Below are positions 21,379 through 32,968 of a stretch of 64,000 nucleotides of DNA, in pieces. This DNA comes from Cyanidioschyzon merolae (lineage: Eukaryota): assembly GCA_000091205.1 (NCBI GenBank), contig AP006502.2, one strand, 5' to 3'. A program made the position numbers and the translations under genes. The notes under the pieces were generated by a model, which saw only the letters and a list, made by a program, of their open reading frames with translations, was not told the origin of the DNA and ran no database searches. Each line of letters begins with the position of its first letter. Position 1 is the first letter of the stretch.

Positions 21379-22159
21379 CGCTTTGTCCCTGTCATGCGAA
21401 TGTTATTTCCGAGGTATTCTAGGTGTACAGCATCGAAATTGTCTGTGTACCAAGTGGAGCACACGGATTCATGTGTAGGTCCAGGATTCGCGGTGGTCTT
21501 TTTCTCGGAATACGCCTTCGACGCTTTGCCGTCGGCGTTCGCGACGTCATCGGAATCGAGATGATTCGCGACGCTCTCCGAGAACACTTCAAGAAAGTAA
21601 CCCGTATCATTATGCAGGGCATGCGTACGGGCCCCGGCGATTCTCCGTTGCGTACATGGAGCATGCCCAAACCGCGCATGCTCCAAGATACCGATCTCTG
21701 TTTCAGGACAGCTTGTGGGCGCAGCAGTGCTTGCCGCAGGACTGACGCGGAATAAATCGGGGTATCGTCCCGTGACGCCTTTTTCGCAAGCACATACCAA
21801 GCGTTCACTGAAAATCACTTGTGAACTGTTCGTAGACTCCGTTCGAAGCACACATCCTCGATTCCGTGTGGGCATCCACGACGCGCCATTTGACACCAGC
21901 GTGATGCCTCGTGCCTTGAACAGTACTCACCCTGACAACGGGCGAAATCGGGACTGGAAAGCCACCATCACCATCTTTTGACTGCCGAGCACGAAGCCGG
22001 CGAGAAAAGAAAAACCGGCGTGCTACGAGCTGGAGATAGTCGGGCGGAAACGGCATCGGTGTCGGAAGAGCGCGCAACGGCTTGTGTTGATGCGCATTGG
22101 CAGAGACTCGAACGCTAGCGCATACGCCTATGTTGCTACGCCTGTTCCATTTTATACTG
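21379..22159 (+). repeat. Dispersed repeat, copy G: second ~780 bp 3'-truncated family-2 fragment, direct repeat of 10550-11326
   Basis: ~98% identity over the full length to 10550-11326; ends at the same 'ttttatactgac'. Confidence 0.8.
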
Positions 22160-22751
22160 ACATTTGCTGAGCACGTTCCCCGCTGAATACCGGCGGGTCG
22201 GCGGCGTGCATGCACTGCTCTACGGAATGTTCGGCTGATGTTGTCAGCGCAGCAGACGTCTTAAACAAACATTCGACGCGGTCGTGGTCCGCTTGGCTCG
22301 AACGCTCGACTAAAGGAAGAGGCTCGAACAGGCGTCCAGCCACTCTGTCTGGCAGGTGCCATCTATTTACCAAGTACCAGCGGAGAATCTTGATTTTATG
22401 CCCACGTACTCTGCTGCAAGAACACCTATTGCCTCGTGTACTAGTCGTTCCGAGCGAATGCCCACGCGTACGGCGTATAGGCAACGCTTTCTCCCGCCCC
22501 GGCGCCAGCCAGCTGTACGAGAAAAGCACGTCACGCACCAAGCAGGTCACCACCTGTCTGCCGGGGATGCTCCCGACGGGCAAGAACCACTTGTGTCGAT
22601 CGTAATGGTAAACCAGCAGTGCCAGCATAACAGACGTCAGGCCGCGAACCCTCCACGCACACACACACAGTCGCTGTTTGACTGATACTGTCCTGTCGAG
22701 AAAGCGTCCTCGTCTGCCCAGCTACGCAGCTCCGGAGCGCCGTCCAACGAC

Positions 22752-23294
22752 TCACTCAAACTCGAGCTCCTCCTCCTCCTCGCTGCCGCTACCCGACACG
22801 GCTTCCATGGCGGCTTTGCGAGTTTCCGACTGGATGTACAAGATAATCAGGAACGCAACAGGGATCAGAGTGCCCAGGAACACCGCCAAGTACGCACCGA
22901 ACTGCACGGTCATACCGCTCTCCTCTGCGGCGTATCCCATCGAAGGAAGTGCCCACATAGCCGCCGCGAGCGACACCGCTGACGCAACTGGCGAACCTGA
23001 CTGCGCCTCCGGGGCACGTGTCGCACCAGCAACGCGCTGCTGCTGCTGCTGCTGCTTCAGCAAAACGGCGGCGCGCGTGCAGCCAACAGCTCGGTGAACG
23101 CGCATCGTCGAGCGGCTCGGTAGGGGTGCTCGCACCCTTTGCTTCAGCACAAGCCGCGACTTTGATGAATATCCAACCAAGTTTGTCACAAACAACGTGT
23201 TCATCGCTGCAACTTCTGTAGTGAGGCTTGACGAAGCGCGGCTTGCGATAGAGACAACCGCAGCACGCTCAGACAGCGATGGCGATCGCGGCAC
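22752..23294 (-). CDS. Hypothetical small single-TM protein with polyQ tract and acidic C-terminus (possibly organelle-targeted); low confidence
   Basis: 'MWALPSMGYAAEESGMTVQFGAYLAVFLGTLIPVAFLIILYIQSE' hydrophobic helix followed by 'GSGSEEEEELEFE'; lies in a GC-rich low-complexity region. Confidence 0.25.
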   Translation of the reverse strand: MPRSPSLSERAAVVSIASRASSSLTTEVAAMNTLFVTNLVGYSSKSRLVLKQRVRAPLPSRSTMRVHRAVGCTRAAVLLKQQQQQQRVAGATRAPEAQSGSPVASAVSLAAAMWALPSMGYAAEESGMTVQFGAYLAVFLGTLIPVAFLIILYIQSETRKAAMEAVSGSGSEEEEELEFE

Positions 23295-23828
23295 AGCGGG
23301 CCGAGCATCGCAGGCAGCGCAGCAGGCACCGGGGCCGCGAGATCACCACGGAGGAGGCGCGGAGGCGCGGAGGCACTGCCGCTGTACCTGCCGCTCGCGT
23401 CTCCGCGGCCCAGCAGCGGATCGCGAGGCGCGGCTGCCTGCTGCGCAGCCTGCGCTGCCAGGATGCTACACCACATCGCTGCGTCCACGCGTACCTGTCC
23501 GGGTGCGCGTATCATCATGCTTAGGACCAATGAATGGACCTCATTTTCTCCACAGATGCTCCAGCGTCCCATACAATCCAGATGCGTCTTCTCCCCCCGG
23601 AGGGGGGGGGACGGTTGCAGACCCCTGATGCATCCATGAACACACCCGATATCGAGCCTACTGCGGCTCGTGTCGATGAGGATGGCGCAGAGGTCGGCCT
23701 CAGAGGCGGCAGCTTACGTCCGGGAGTGGCCTCCAGAGCTCCTGGCCTGCAGCGGCATCCGCTCGGTGCGCTCCTCGCCAGCCTGTCGGCTATGTACCGA
23801 TCGGCGGCGCGCCCGGGGCGCCTCGAGC

Positions 23829-23880
23829 GCGATCCGCCGCTGCTGCTGCCTGCTGCTGCCTGCTGCTGCCTGCTGCTGCC
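23829..23880. repeat. 10-bp unit tandem repeat (gctgctgcct)x4 within a GC-rich low-complexity region
   Basis: 'gctgctgcctgctgctgcctgctgctgcctgctgctgcct'. Confidence 0.85.
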
Positions 23881-24503
23881 TGTTCCTGCAGCGGCGGCGG
23901 TGCGCGCCGCTGTGCTCGCGGCGGCATCTCGCCGAGCGTCGCCCCGAGCACAACCGATGCGCGCGTGCGCAGCAGTGCCACGAAGCGGACGACGCAGGCA
24001 TCATACGAGAGGATCGACTTTGTGGCATTACTGTTTGTTGCTCAGAGCGTGCTTCTTGCGTATCTGTACGTTTCGAAAGCCTGCATTACACACCGACACT
24101 TTTGAAGCATGTTTGTGAACGGCTCACTTTCAGTAAAGGTCAAGAAGGGAGCAGCTTCAGCATCAGTGGCACGTGCCGCAGCGCACACGCGTCGAACAGC
24201 TGGTGTCGCTACAGCAAAGCGTACAGGTGCTACGCGTTCGCCTGTGCAAATGGTTCTTGCTCCACACGTCGCGCAGCCGCTGGAGACAGTGGTAGCTTTT
24301 GCGAACACACAAAGTACCAGCTTGCTCACAGCAGCAAATGAAAGCGACTTTGGCGGTTATTTCATTCCGGCGATATCGCTCATCATACTCGGTGCGATTA
24401 TCCTGGCGCTCTCGCCACCACTGCGTGACTAGGGCGTCGGAACGTAGCCGAGCGGGCCTGGTCATCGCGTTTACCGGGTGATGCGTATGGGATAGTTTCA
24501 GTT

Positions 24504-25829
24504 TTACACGTTAAAGCGAAACAGTATAACGTCGCCCTCTTGCACCACATAATCCTTTCCTTCAGCACGGACGAGTCCCTGCTCCCGCGCACTCGTCAAG
24601 CTACCTGCCTTCACTAGATCCACGAAGGATACAGTTTCCGCGCGGATAAAGCCCCGTTCAAAGTCCGAGTGAATCACACCGGCCGCCTGGGGCGCCTTGG
24701 TGCCCCGCGGAATCGTCCATGCGCGCGTCTCCTGCGGTCCGCAGGTAAAGAACGTGCATAGCCCGAGCGTCTCGTATGCGGCACGAACCAAAGCCCGTAA
24801 GCCTATATTTTGGAGATCGTTGATGCCTAGCGATTCCAAGTACTGCTCTCGCTCGAGCGGTGGAAGCTCTACAAGCTCGCTCTCCAGTTGCGCCGACACC
24901 GCCACAACAGGGGCCTGTTCGAGTGCGGCGTATTCGAAGACCTCACGCACGAGCGCAAGCGGGCTTTCGTTATCCGGCCAGACATTTGCCTGCATTTTCG
25001 CCTTCGCCAGCGTTTCTGTGGCAGCAGCAAGCACGCTGTCGGCAACATTCGCAGCATAGATGACCGGTTTGGCGGTCAGCAGACCCAGGCGACGTAGGGC
25101 CTGTCGCTCATCCACGGTGCAGTCGGATAAAGAACGCCTGATCGGCATCCCAGCATCTAGCGCCTTCGTGACGCGCTCGAGTGCACTGCGTTCGGTGTCC
25201 TCGGCCAACTGACTCGAGGTCATCGTGCCCGCGCCTGCTGAACGGCGCGAGCTACCCGGCTTTCGCAGGCGCTCAAGCCTCTTCTCCACCATAGCCAAGT
25301 CGGCTAGCATAAGCTCTGTATCAATGGTTTCAATATCTTGCTTGGGATGGACATGACCAGCGACATGCACCACGCGTTCGTCCATAAAACATCGAACGAC
25401 ATGCACAATCGCATCACATTCACGGATATGCGAGAGGAATCTGTTGCCGAGGCCTTCGCCCCGCGATGCGCCCTTCACCAGACCTGCAATATCTACAAAC
25501 TCCAAGTAAGTGGGGACGATGCGGCTGGAGCCGCCGATCTCCGATAGCACCTCGAGACGGGAGTCGGGCACCGTAACTACCCCAATATTCGGCTCGATCG
25601 TGCAGAAGGGAAAGTTGGCTGCCTCTGCTTTCGTCTGCTCGCACAGTGCATTGAAAAGCGTCGATTTGCCTACGTTCGGCAAGCCAACTATTCCGGTTTG
25701 GAGCTTGCAACGCAAGGAACGGCTGGACGCCAGTGACGCAGGTCTAGAGCGGTATCGTGCCTGGGTTTGTCTCACGGCTACTGGTCGTGCCCAGGCCGCT
25801 GTGGTGACTATCCCAGCGAAGCCGAGCAT
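24504..25829 (-). CDS. Obg-like ATPase 1 / YchF GTPase with ~40 aa N-terminal presequence-like extension
   Basis: '[20 protein letters not shown]' (YchF G1), C-terminal TGS domain '...[18 protein letters not shown]'. Confidence 0.9.
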   Translation of the reverse strand: MLGFAGIVTTAAWARPVAVRQTQARYRSRPASLASSRSLRCKLQTGIVGLPNVGKSTLFNALCEQTKAEAANFPFCTIEPNIGVVTVPDSRLEVLSEIGGSSRIVPTYLEFVDIAGLVKGASRGEGLGNRFLSHIRECDAIVHVVRCFMDERVVHVAGHVHPKQDIETIDTELMLADLAMVEKRLERLRKPGSSRRSAGAGTMTSSQLAEDTERSALERVTKALDAGMPIRRSLSDCTVDERQALRRLGLLTAKPVIYAANVADSVLAAATETLAKAKMQANVWPDNESPLALVREVFEYAALEQAPVVAVSAQLESELVELPPLEREQYLESLGINDLQNIGLRALVRAAYETLGLCTFFTCGPQETRAWTIPRGTKAPQAAGVIHSDFERGFIRAETVSFVDLVKAGSLTSAREQGLVRAEGKDYVVQEGDVILFRFNV

Positions 25830-28800
25830 GGTGCTTTGCGGACGTCACCGTTCGCAAGGGTTTCAAAAGTCGGCGTCGCTGGCCAGCACCCAGGAACACC
25901 GCAGTCAAACGCGCCACCGGATGCTCCAGTTGATATTCAGAGAGCGCGCCCTGAGTACTCTGTGGTCGTAAGCGTCGATTCTGCAGCGCAGCACGCCACC
26001 CCAACGTGTACAACGTGTGTGAAGCGACTTCACGTTGCAGTACAACGGAGCGCCTGCAAGAGCACAGGTTCAAGTAGGCAACGCAGTGCAGCTGCCGACT
26101 TGCCGCAACGCAATGCAGCGCGACGTGCCGAGTCTGACGGCGTTACAGCCAGCGTGTTGCTGCTCAAGCGGTCCTCGATGCACTGCCTGCTGGAATACCT
26201 TTCCATGCAGGTCCTTCTTGTTTTTCGTTTGGTTTTCTCGCAGGTACTCACTGAAAGGAATTTATTGGGTTGCTTGGGGAAAAGTTGCGTAAAGACTTGA
26301 TCCTGTAAATACTAGCTTGCGAAGACGCAGACTCATTTGCACAAGTCAGCAATTCTGCGGGCAGCACGTGGATGACGCACCCTGTTCGTCGACGTTATCC
26401 TGAACGCCGCGCACTCAAAACATAACCTGTGGAACTCTATGTACACGGCCATCTCCTCGTCCATACATGCTACTCGAGACGTTTTCTACCGAATAATACT
26501 AGAGAAACCACAGGTACTGAAGTGTCCACAACATTGAAACGAACGATGACGAAGGGACACCGATGGAGAACGGAAACAGGTGCGCTTCTGCTGGAGATCG
26601 TCGTGCGTTGAGCAACAAACGATCGATGTCGCACTGAAACGCGATCGCTCAGTCCAACACGAACGAGTTTTCGACTCAGTCTACGAGACCTCGTTGGGAG
26701 AAACGCCAGACCGATACATGCGGTACTCCAAACGGGCTAATCATCTGACCGAATCGGAGAGACAAGCGAGCGTCTCGAAAATGTCATTCCGAGCGGCGAT
26801 TCAATCGACAGGTCACCTGTGAAGCGACAAGCGATCTTTTCTGTTCAGCAATGCGTCCATCATCGAGGCGGCCCGGTGGCTTCTCCGCCGCGCATTCCTC
26901 TGTCTCGCTCGTACACATCGTCGCTTTCCATCATTCACAGGCGGTGAACGAGTACGCAGCTCCGATTCGCGTTGAACCGGTCGTCGTGTTAACCTATTCT
27001 CTCAGGTTCACTTGACTCGAATGCATCGTGTCTACTGTAGCAACGCCATTTTGACGCTCGCGAATCATTGGATGAGTCACTCGCATCCGTGGCACCGTTC
27101 TTCGACAAGTGGTTCGATACCTTCACCAGTCTTGGACTGGTATATTGCCGGCCTGCTCGTGGGCCGGAAGGAGCGAAAAGATGCACTCCGGTCCATGGCC
27201 GTGCACGCAACGGAACAGGTGACGAAAAACTGCATGTGAGGAAGTTGAGATACATGCACGAAAAAGGCGAGTTTCGGTGCTACTGCCCAACCTGCGCATC
27301 TGAATCCCGAGTGAAAACGGATATTGGATAGATTCAGCACATCCATGCAAACCGGCTGCGCAAAGGAACAGATGAAGAAGGTGGCGGTAACTACGAGCAA
27401 GTATGATAAAGCCTTTGCACAATTTTGTGTGCAGCATTCGCTTAGCTCGTTCAAGGGTTCTCGTTTAAAGTGAGAATATGGAAATAAGTTGGCGTGGATG
27501 ATGGAGACCGAGGGGATATCCATCCGCACGCACTCTGTTCGACCGAAGCCAATGTCGAGGAACGAGACCCCTCGTCCATCGTTCAAGCTTGAGGAAGAGA
27601 ATGACGCTTTCGTGAGCGTGCTTCTCGGATTTCAGGAAATAATCGCCGCCACCCCACCTCTGTATGAAGACAACGGAGCCAGAAACCAGAATGGAAACCA
27701 CATGAAGCTGCTCAAACATTGACGGGACTCGTTATGATCGGGGATCGGTCACGATGACCCCCAAGAGGCATGCCCGCAGTAGAGTGAGCGTGCCAAGACG
27801 CATGCCGACGCCCTCAGTACAGCACCGGGCAGCGGCAGATGCCTTGCGCCCTGCATTCAGAGAGAGCACACACACGAGCGCTCAAACGAAGCATGCGGAC
27901 GACGTATGCTGGGCGATCATGAGACCGCTCGGGATTCGTCAACGATGTCGATTTTACGGATGCAGGAAGCAGGTATTCGCCAAATTTTCGAATGTGTCGG
28001 AGACGGCAATGACGAACAAGTTGGATCGTTTCGTGGCAGCCTATGGCGCTGGACGCAGTGTGACGCCCAGAGCAGCACTCCTGTATCTTCGACGAGCGCG
28101 TACACCGAGTGCTGGAATCGATGGTATACGATTCCTGTCGATGCGCTCCCTAACGACATACACGCATCACAGCGACGGATGCACACACGGAAACAGACGG
28201 ATAAGAAGAGACGGAAATCGACATGGACACACGAAACGCTGGGCGGTAAACTCTGACCGAACATCAAATGGCGAAGCACTCGAAAACGAGGCGCTCGCGA
28301 TGGTGTAACACGACCAGCAACCCGACGTGCAAGCATGTTCTGCGTACCCCGAGACCTGAGCGCCCCGCTCAACGCCTGCAAAAGTATCGTACGTACGGAG
28401 CGCTCAGCAGGTTTGTTTCAAGCGATACTTCGAAGGCATCGCACAGTGCATCGTGCGGGCATTGTGCTAGAACGCCGATGACTTGCGATGGAACGAGTCA
28501 GTGGCCAGAAGCGAGAGCATCGGATTCTTGCCTTGAGCAAAGCACGCGCATGGTACGGTTCAGGTATCCGTGAGAAAGGCCAAAACGCGCGGCATATACG
28601 TCTACATGGATCGGGAACGATTTTCCCGGTCAATAGTTGAACCATGATATTGTTCCGGTATACGACACCAGCGAGTCTATGAAGCTTAGAATCTATGGAT
28701 GTACGACGGAGCAAGCATGCATATCCGAAGACGCGCCCAGGTTACCATCGAGAGCAACTCGGCCGAGTGCCAAGTCAACCGAATACGTCTGCTGCAACAC

Positions 28801-29153
28801 GAACCTCCGAGAGACGCCCTTCACGTCAAGATTCGAAGCTGCTGCTGCTGCTACTGCTGCTGCTGCTGGTAAAGTATGTTCAGCGCGAATCACCAACGCC
28901 TCCGCTTGCCAACGCTCGCGTCGAGCAGGCAGTCATCCGGCCCTGGAGCAGCGGCTGCTATCGACAACGCCAGCAGTTCTGAAGCAGCTCCATAGTGAAT
29001 TCAGCTTTACGGGTCCTGGGCTACATCCGTAATCAAGTCACCGAGGGGGCGAGTTTCAGGTGCAAACGATCACGAAACGCGTCGCTGCCGGCACCAGCGT
29101 CGCGCATGGAACGAAAGCGCTCCACGTAAACCTTGCCCCAGCTTGCAGCGCTA

Positions 29154-32141
29154 TCAGACTCGAGCGGCGCTGTTGCTCGTCACTTCCAAGCGCACAAACG
29201 GATGCTTCAAGAGGTCCGCAGCACTCGGACGCTTGGATGGTTCCCATACCCAACACGCTTTGAGAAAGGAGGCGCACTCAGCGGATAGGTTCGGGGGTAT
29301 TGGTGGCATGCGATCTTGGACCATTCGAAAAAGTGCTGCCATGGCATTGAGCGTGTGATACGGTCTGCGACCGGTGGCGAGCTCCAGCACCGTGCACCCG
29401 AGACTCCAGATATCCACGCTGTGATCATAGGGTCGTCCTTCAATCATTTCCGGTGCAATGTACCAGGGCGTTCCGACCATGGTGTGTCCGCTGCCGGCAG
29501 TCTGCAGATCAACACATGAACTCACGCCGAAGTCGGTAATTTTCACCATTCCGTTCTGGTTCACCATGATATTTCCCGGTTTCAGGTCGCGATGCGTGAC
29601 CCCGTGGGAATGCAGGTATCGCAGACCGTGCAGCACCTGACGCGTGATTTCGCGTACCAGCGGCTCGTGGAACTCGTTGAACTGGGCCAAGTGTTCTGCG
29701 AGCGACCACCCGTCCACATATTCAATCACGAGGTTCAGATCGCCCTTCTCGCCGATAAATGACCCCTTGTACTCGACAATGTTCTCGTGCCGTAAACGTT
29801 GCCACAGACGCTGCTCCTTGAAGGCCCTCGGATCCACGGTGTAGAGCGTCTGGCCGCTATCCACCGCGTGGAACGATTTGATGGCCACGATTTCGTTGGT
29901 TCGAACGTTGCGTGCCATGTAGACGACACCGTAACCACCGCGACCGAGAACCTGGCCCAGCTCAAAGGTATCTACGGTGTAGAAATGATCTTTCTGGGCA
30001 TTCGCTAGCGGTCGCATGGTCACCGTTCGACCGGTCGACTGGAATGCACCAACGGACGGCCGCAGTGGTCTACATTTGAGTGATAGCGGTGCTAGCGCAG
30101 AGACCTGTCCTTCCACAGCTACCGAGGCAAGGTTGTTGCTCTTTGAGCGTTGCCCCTCGGGTGCGCTCCGGACAAGCGCAGATCGCAGGTCGATGAGTGC
30201 TGCCTCAGAGCGTCCACTCTGAACGCTTCGTATCGAGCACTGACGCAGGTGCGTCAGGAGTGTTTGTCGAATATCGCTGCCCGCACGGGCAAGAACGATG
30301 AGTGCACGGCGAGTCTCGGAGCTGAGCTCCCCGGCGGGTTTCGCAAGCTCCAGTATCGACAGCAGGGGCAGGTCAACGCTCAGAGAGGCAGCAACGCGAG
30401 CGGTCGCAGCCTCGAGACACAGGTTCGCCAGCGCCCTGCAAGCGTCTGCCAGGGGGTTTGTGGACGCAGACTCGAAATAGTGCGTAGCCTGTCGCTGCTC
30501 GCACTGCTCGATGAAACGACAGAGCGTTTGCGTGACGAGGGGCCAGTTACGGGCAGCTGCACGACCGCGTGCGGTTGCACCCAAGTTGCCAAACGCTCGA
30601 CACGCTTCGGCAATGGTGTCGCTAGCACGGAAGACGTGCGAATGGTCTGCAGAGGGGGCACGGTCGAACTCGTGCCAAAGCTGACCGCTCGCAAGTTCGG
30701 ACGCGATGAGCCTGGCAAGTGCGGGAAACACCCCGATATCTATCAAGTAGTCGTGGACAGCACCGCTCTGAAGCGATAACTCGGCAATAATGCTGGCAAC
30801 ATGGAAGTTGAACTCGGCTCGCTCTGCTGGCTTGCGGAAGGCATCAATGTGTCGAAGAATCGCCTTGATGCACTTGGCCTTCACCAGTGCGAGTGCGCAC
30901 GGTGGCTCCTGGGCGATGTTTCCGAAGGCTCCGGTCGCTTCAACCATCGCGCCCTGCATGATTTCATGTTCGACCAGGACCTGGGGGGCGGATAACACCT
31001 GCACGAGCGCGGGGATAACGCCCAAACGGACCATTCCTTCGGCAGTGCGCGGACTCCCAGCCGTGAGATTCCGGAGCGCGCGTGTCGCTGAGGCCAATGT
31101 GGAGAGTAGCACCCCGAGCGCAGCGCTCGCTCCGCACTCTACCAAAGACGTTGTGGTGCGGGTTGCAGTGGCAAGCTCTGGAATCACGGAACGCACAAAT
31201 CCAATGAGTGCAGATGGTGCGTCGGCACGCACCAGCTTTTCTTCAAGCTCTTCCAGTACCGACAGCTCCGCCAGCGCAAAGGCTGCATGCGACTTGCCTA
31301 GATCAGAAGTCTTCGCGTCACGCAGCGCCGACACCAGGAACGGGATCGCCTCGCGCTCGACGAGCTTTCGACGTGCCTCATCGCTCCGAGCAGCGATTCG
31401 TGCCACTCGCAGCAGCTGGACCTCGGCTTGCGGAGCTGCCCAGTTCTCCACAGGCGTGTTCGAGCTGCAGCCGTTTCCAATACTGCTGGATGATGCTGAG
31501 TCCGTTCTCCGGTGCCCAGCGTCGGCGTCGGCTCGCGCACTGGCCTCCTCCGCCGCAGCCCGCACACTCGTCGGAACCTGACGCGGCACCAGCGAGCGAC
31601 GGCGAGCAGAGCCCGACGCCCCTACCGCCCCCTTGACGCTGGCAACTGGTATAGACTGCTCGCTGGGACGTTGAGACGCCTGCTGCTGAAGGAGGCGCTG
31701 CCCGGCTTTGGCCGGTTGAGAAGTCTCACCGGGTTTTCGCCCACCAACGTCGGCGCGCGCCACCTGTCGTGCACGCACCGGAGCCGCATCCCCACTTTTC
31801 GATCCTTGCAACCCGTGAACGGGAACAGCTGCAGGCGCGCGTGCTGCTGCAGTTTCGATCGAGCGCCCCGAGCGCTTCCCCGCAGCTCCCTTGCTCTGCT
31901 CTTTATGCACTTCCTTCGGGTGCTTTTTCTTGCCGATAGTAAAGAATCCCATGAGGATCTCCGTTTTGCAGGTAGCTTGCAAAACAGCGACCAGCCTGTT
32001 GAACAAAGCGCTCGTGCTCCAAAGCCACCCAGGTCTCGTGCTGCAGTCCGAAAGAGCCGCAGCAGAGCATCTGGCTGGAACCTGCACCCGTCCAGCGCTG
32101 CTTGACGCGACACCGCCTCCTCCTCCCATGAAACTGCACAT
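29154..32141 (-). CDS. Serine/threonine protein kinase with N-terminal armadillo-like repeats (kinase domain C-terminal)
   Basis: 'LGQVLGRGGYGVVYMARNVRTNEIVAIKSF', 'HRDLKPGNIMV', 'ITDFGVS', 'GTPWYIAPE'; N-terminal half has ARM-like 'ALVQVLSAPQV...' repeats. Confidence 0.8.
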   Translation of the reverse strand: MCSFMGGGGGVASSSAGRVQVPARCSAAALSDCSTRPGWLWSTSALFNRLVAVLQATCKTEILMGFFTIGKKKHPKEVHKEQSKGAAGKRSGRSIETAAARAPAAVPVHGLQGSKSGDAAPVRARQVARADVGGRKPGETSQPAKAGQRLLQQQASQRPSEQSIPVASVKGAVGASGSARRRSLVPRQVPTSVRAAAEEASARADADAGHRRTDSASSSSIGNGCSSNTPVENWAAPQAEVQLLRVARIAARSDEARRKLVEREAIPFLVSALRDAKTSDLGKSHAAFALAELSVLEELEEKLVRADAPSALIGFVRSVIPELATATRTTTSLVECGASAALGVLLSTLASATRALRNLTAGSPRTAEGMVRLGVIPALVQVLSAPQVLVEHEIMQGAMVEATGAFGNIAQEPPCALALVKAKCIKAILRHIDAFRKPAERAEFNFHVASIIAELSLQSGAVHDYLIDIGVFPALARLIASELASGQLWHEFDRAPSADHSHVFRASDTIAEACRAFGNLGATARGRAAARNWPLVTQTLCRFIEQCEQRQATHYFESASTNPLADACRALANLCLEAATARVAASLSVDLPLLSILELAKPAGELSSETRRALIVLARAGSDIRQTLLTHLRQCSIRSVQSGRSEAALIDLRSALVRSAPEGQRSKSNNLASVAVEGQVSALAPLSLKCRPLRPSVGAFQSTGRTVTMRPLANAQKDHFYTVDTFELGQVLGRGGYGVVYMARNVRTNEIVAIKSFHAVDSGQTLYTVDPRAFKEQRLWQRLRHENIVEYKGSFIGEKGDLNLVIEYVDGWSLAEHLAQFNEFHEPLVREITRQVLHGLRYLHSHGVTHRDLKPGNIMVNQNGMVKITDFGVSSCVDLQTAGSGHTMVGTPWYIAPEMIEGRPYDHSVDIWSLGCTVLELATGRRPYHTLNAMAALFRMVQDRMPPIPPNLSAECASFLKACWVWEPSKRPSAADLLKHPFVRLEVTSNSAARV

Positions 32142-32968
32142 CGATTACGCGCCGCGCCGCTGCGCTACGCGATCTGTAACGCTTTCGCTTTGGAGGTACG
32201 TCGGGGCCCGACCATCAGTACAGGGAACGTAACCTGGAGGTAGGGCGTTTGATGAATACTTTACAGTGCACTGAAAAAGAGAAAAAAGTAAGAAAAGAAA
32301 AATGAACATATTCAGAGAACGCTCGCCTAAGTAAACGTTTTGTCAACGAAAAAAAGGTGCGCTGGGACGTTGGCGGAGCGCGCGGCACGTGCCTCTGTCA
32401 TTCGCCTGGTGGAATCGAGAAGCGGTACACTGGAGCGCTTCACGATTCCACAAGGCTATAAATGGGGAATATGTCAAGGCATACCCAGGTTGTTTTAATG
32501 GTAATGCTGATGTTATTGGCGATGTTGGTGCCTTCAACATCTTCGAAGGCGTCTAGAGCAGGTGCAGTGGAAGCTCGGAGCGGTGCACGATGGATAGCAG
32601 TGCTATCTTCGACGCATAGTCGGGTCTGGAGTTCACGAGCTTGTCGAGGTGTCTGACGCCAAGCGCTATGCAATTTTCCGTTTGCGGACAAGAAGCGCGG
32701 ATCCGAAGGGACCCAGTGATACGGATCCACCGTAGATCTGTGGAAGAAAGCACGTGCGAGCGCTGCATCCGGAATAGTCGGGCGCGTCTTGACTTTATGG
32801 ACCTTGCTGGGAATGACGGGGATCATCGCACATCGTACGCGCCAAGTGCTTGGCCAAACGAGACCGCACAGGTCGCTCTACACACCGATGCACCTGTACT
32901 GCCATGCCGTTGCTTGTAGGGAGCGCTTGCTTTCGCCTCGCGCCTAGTGCGTGAAGTTGCACGACAAC

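Noticed and set aside
10550-22159. 780 bp direct repeats as LTRs of an LTR retrotransposon
   Set aside because: There are no reverse transcriptase, integrase, RNase H or gag-like ORFs between them. The enclosed genes are ordinary host genes (NRAMP, Arf-like). There are no TG...CA termini or target-site duplication. The repeats are homologous to the 5' part of the family-2 TnpB-like element instead.
27000-29100. Gene calls in the 27.0-29.1 kb gap (ORFs 27077-27586, 27754-28308, 27917-28381)
   Set aside because: There are no conserved motifs. The composition differs from neighbouring coding regions. The ORFs are mutually overlapping, so the region is more likely intergenic, possibly non-coding RNA or regulatory. 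It cannot be supported from sequence alone.
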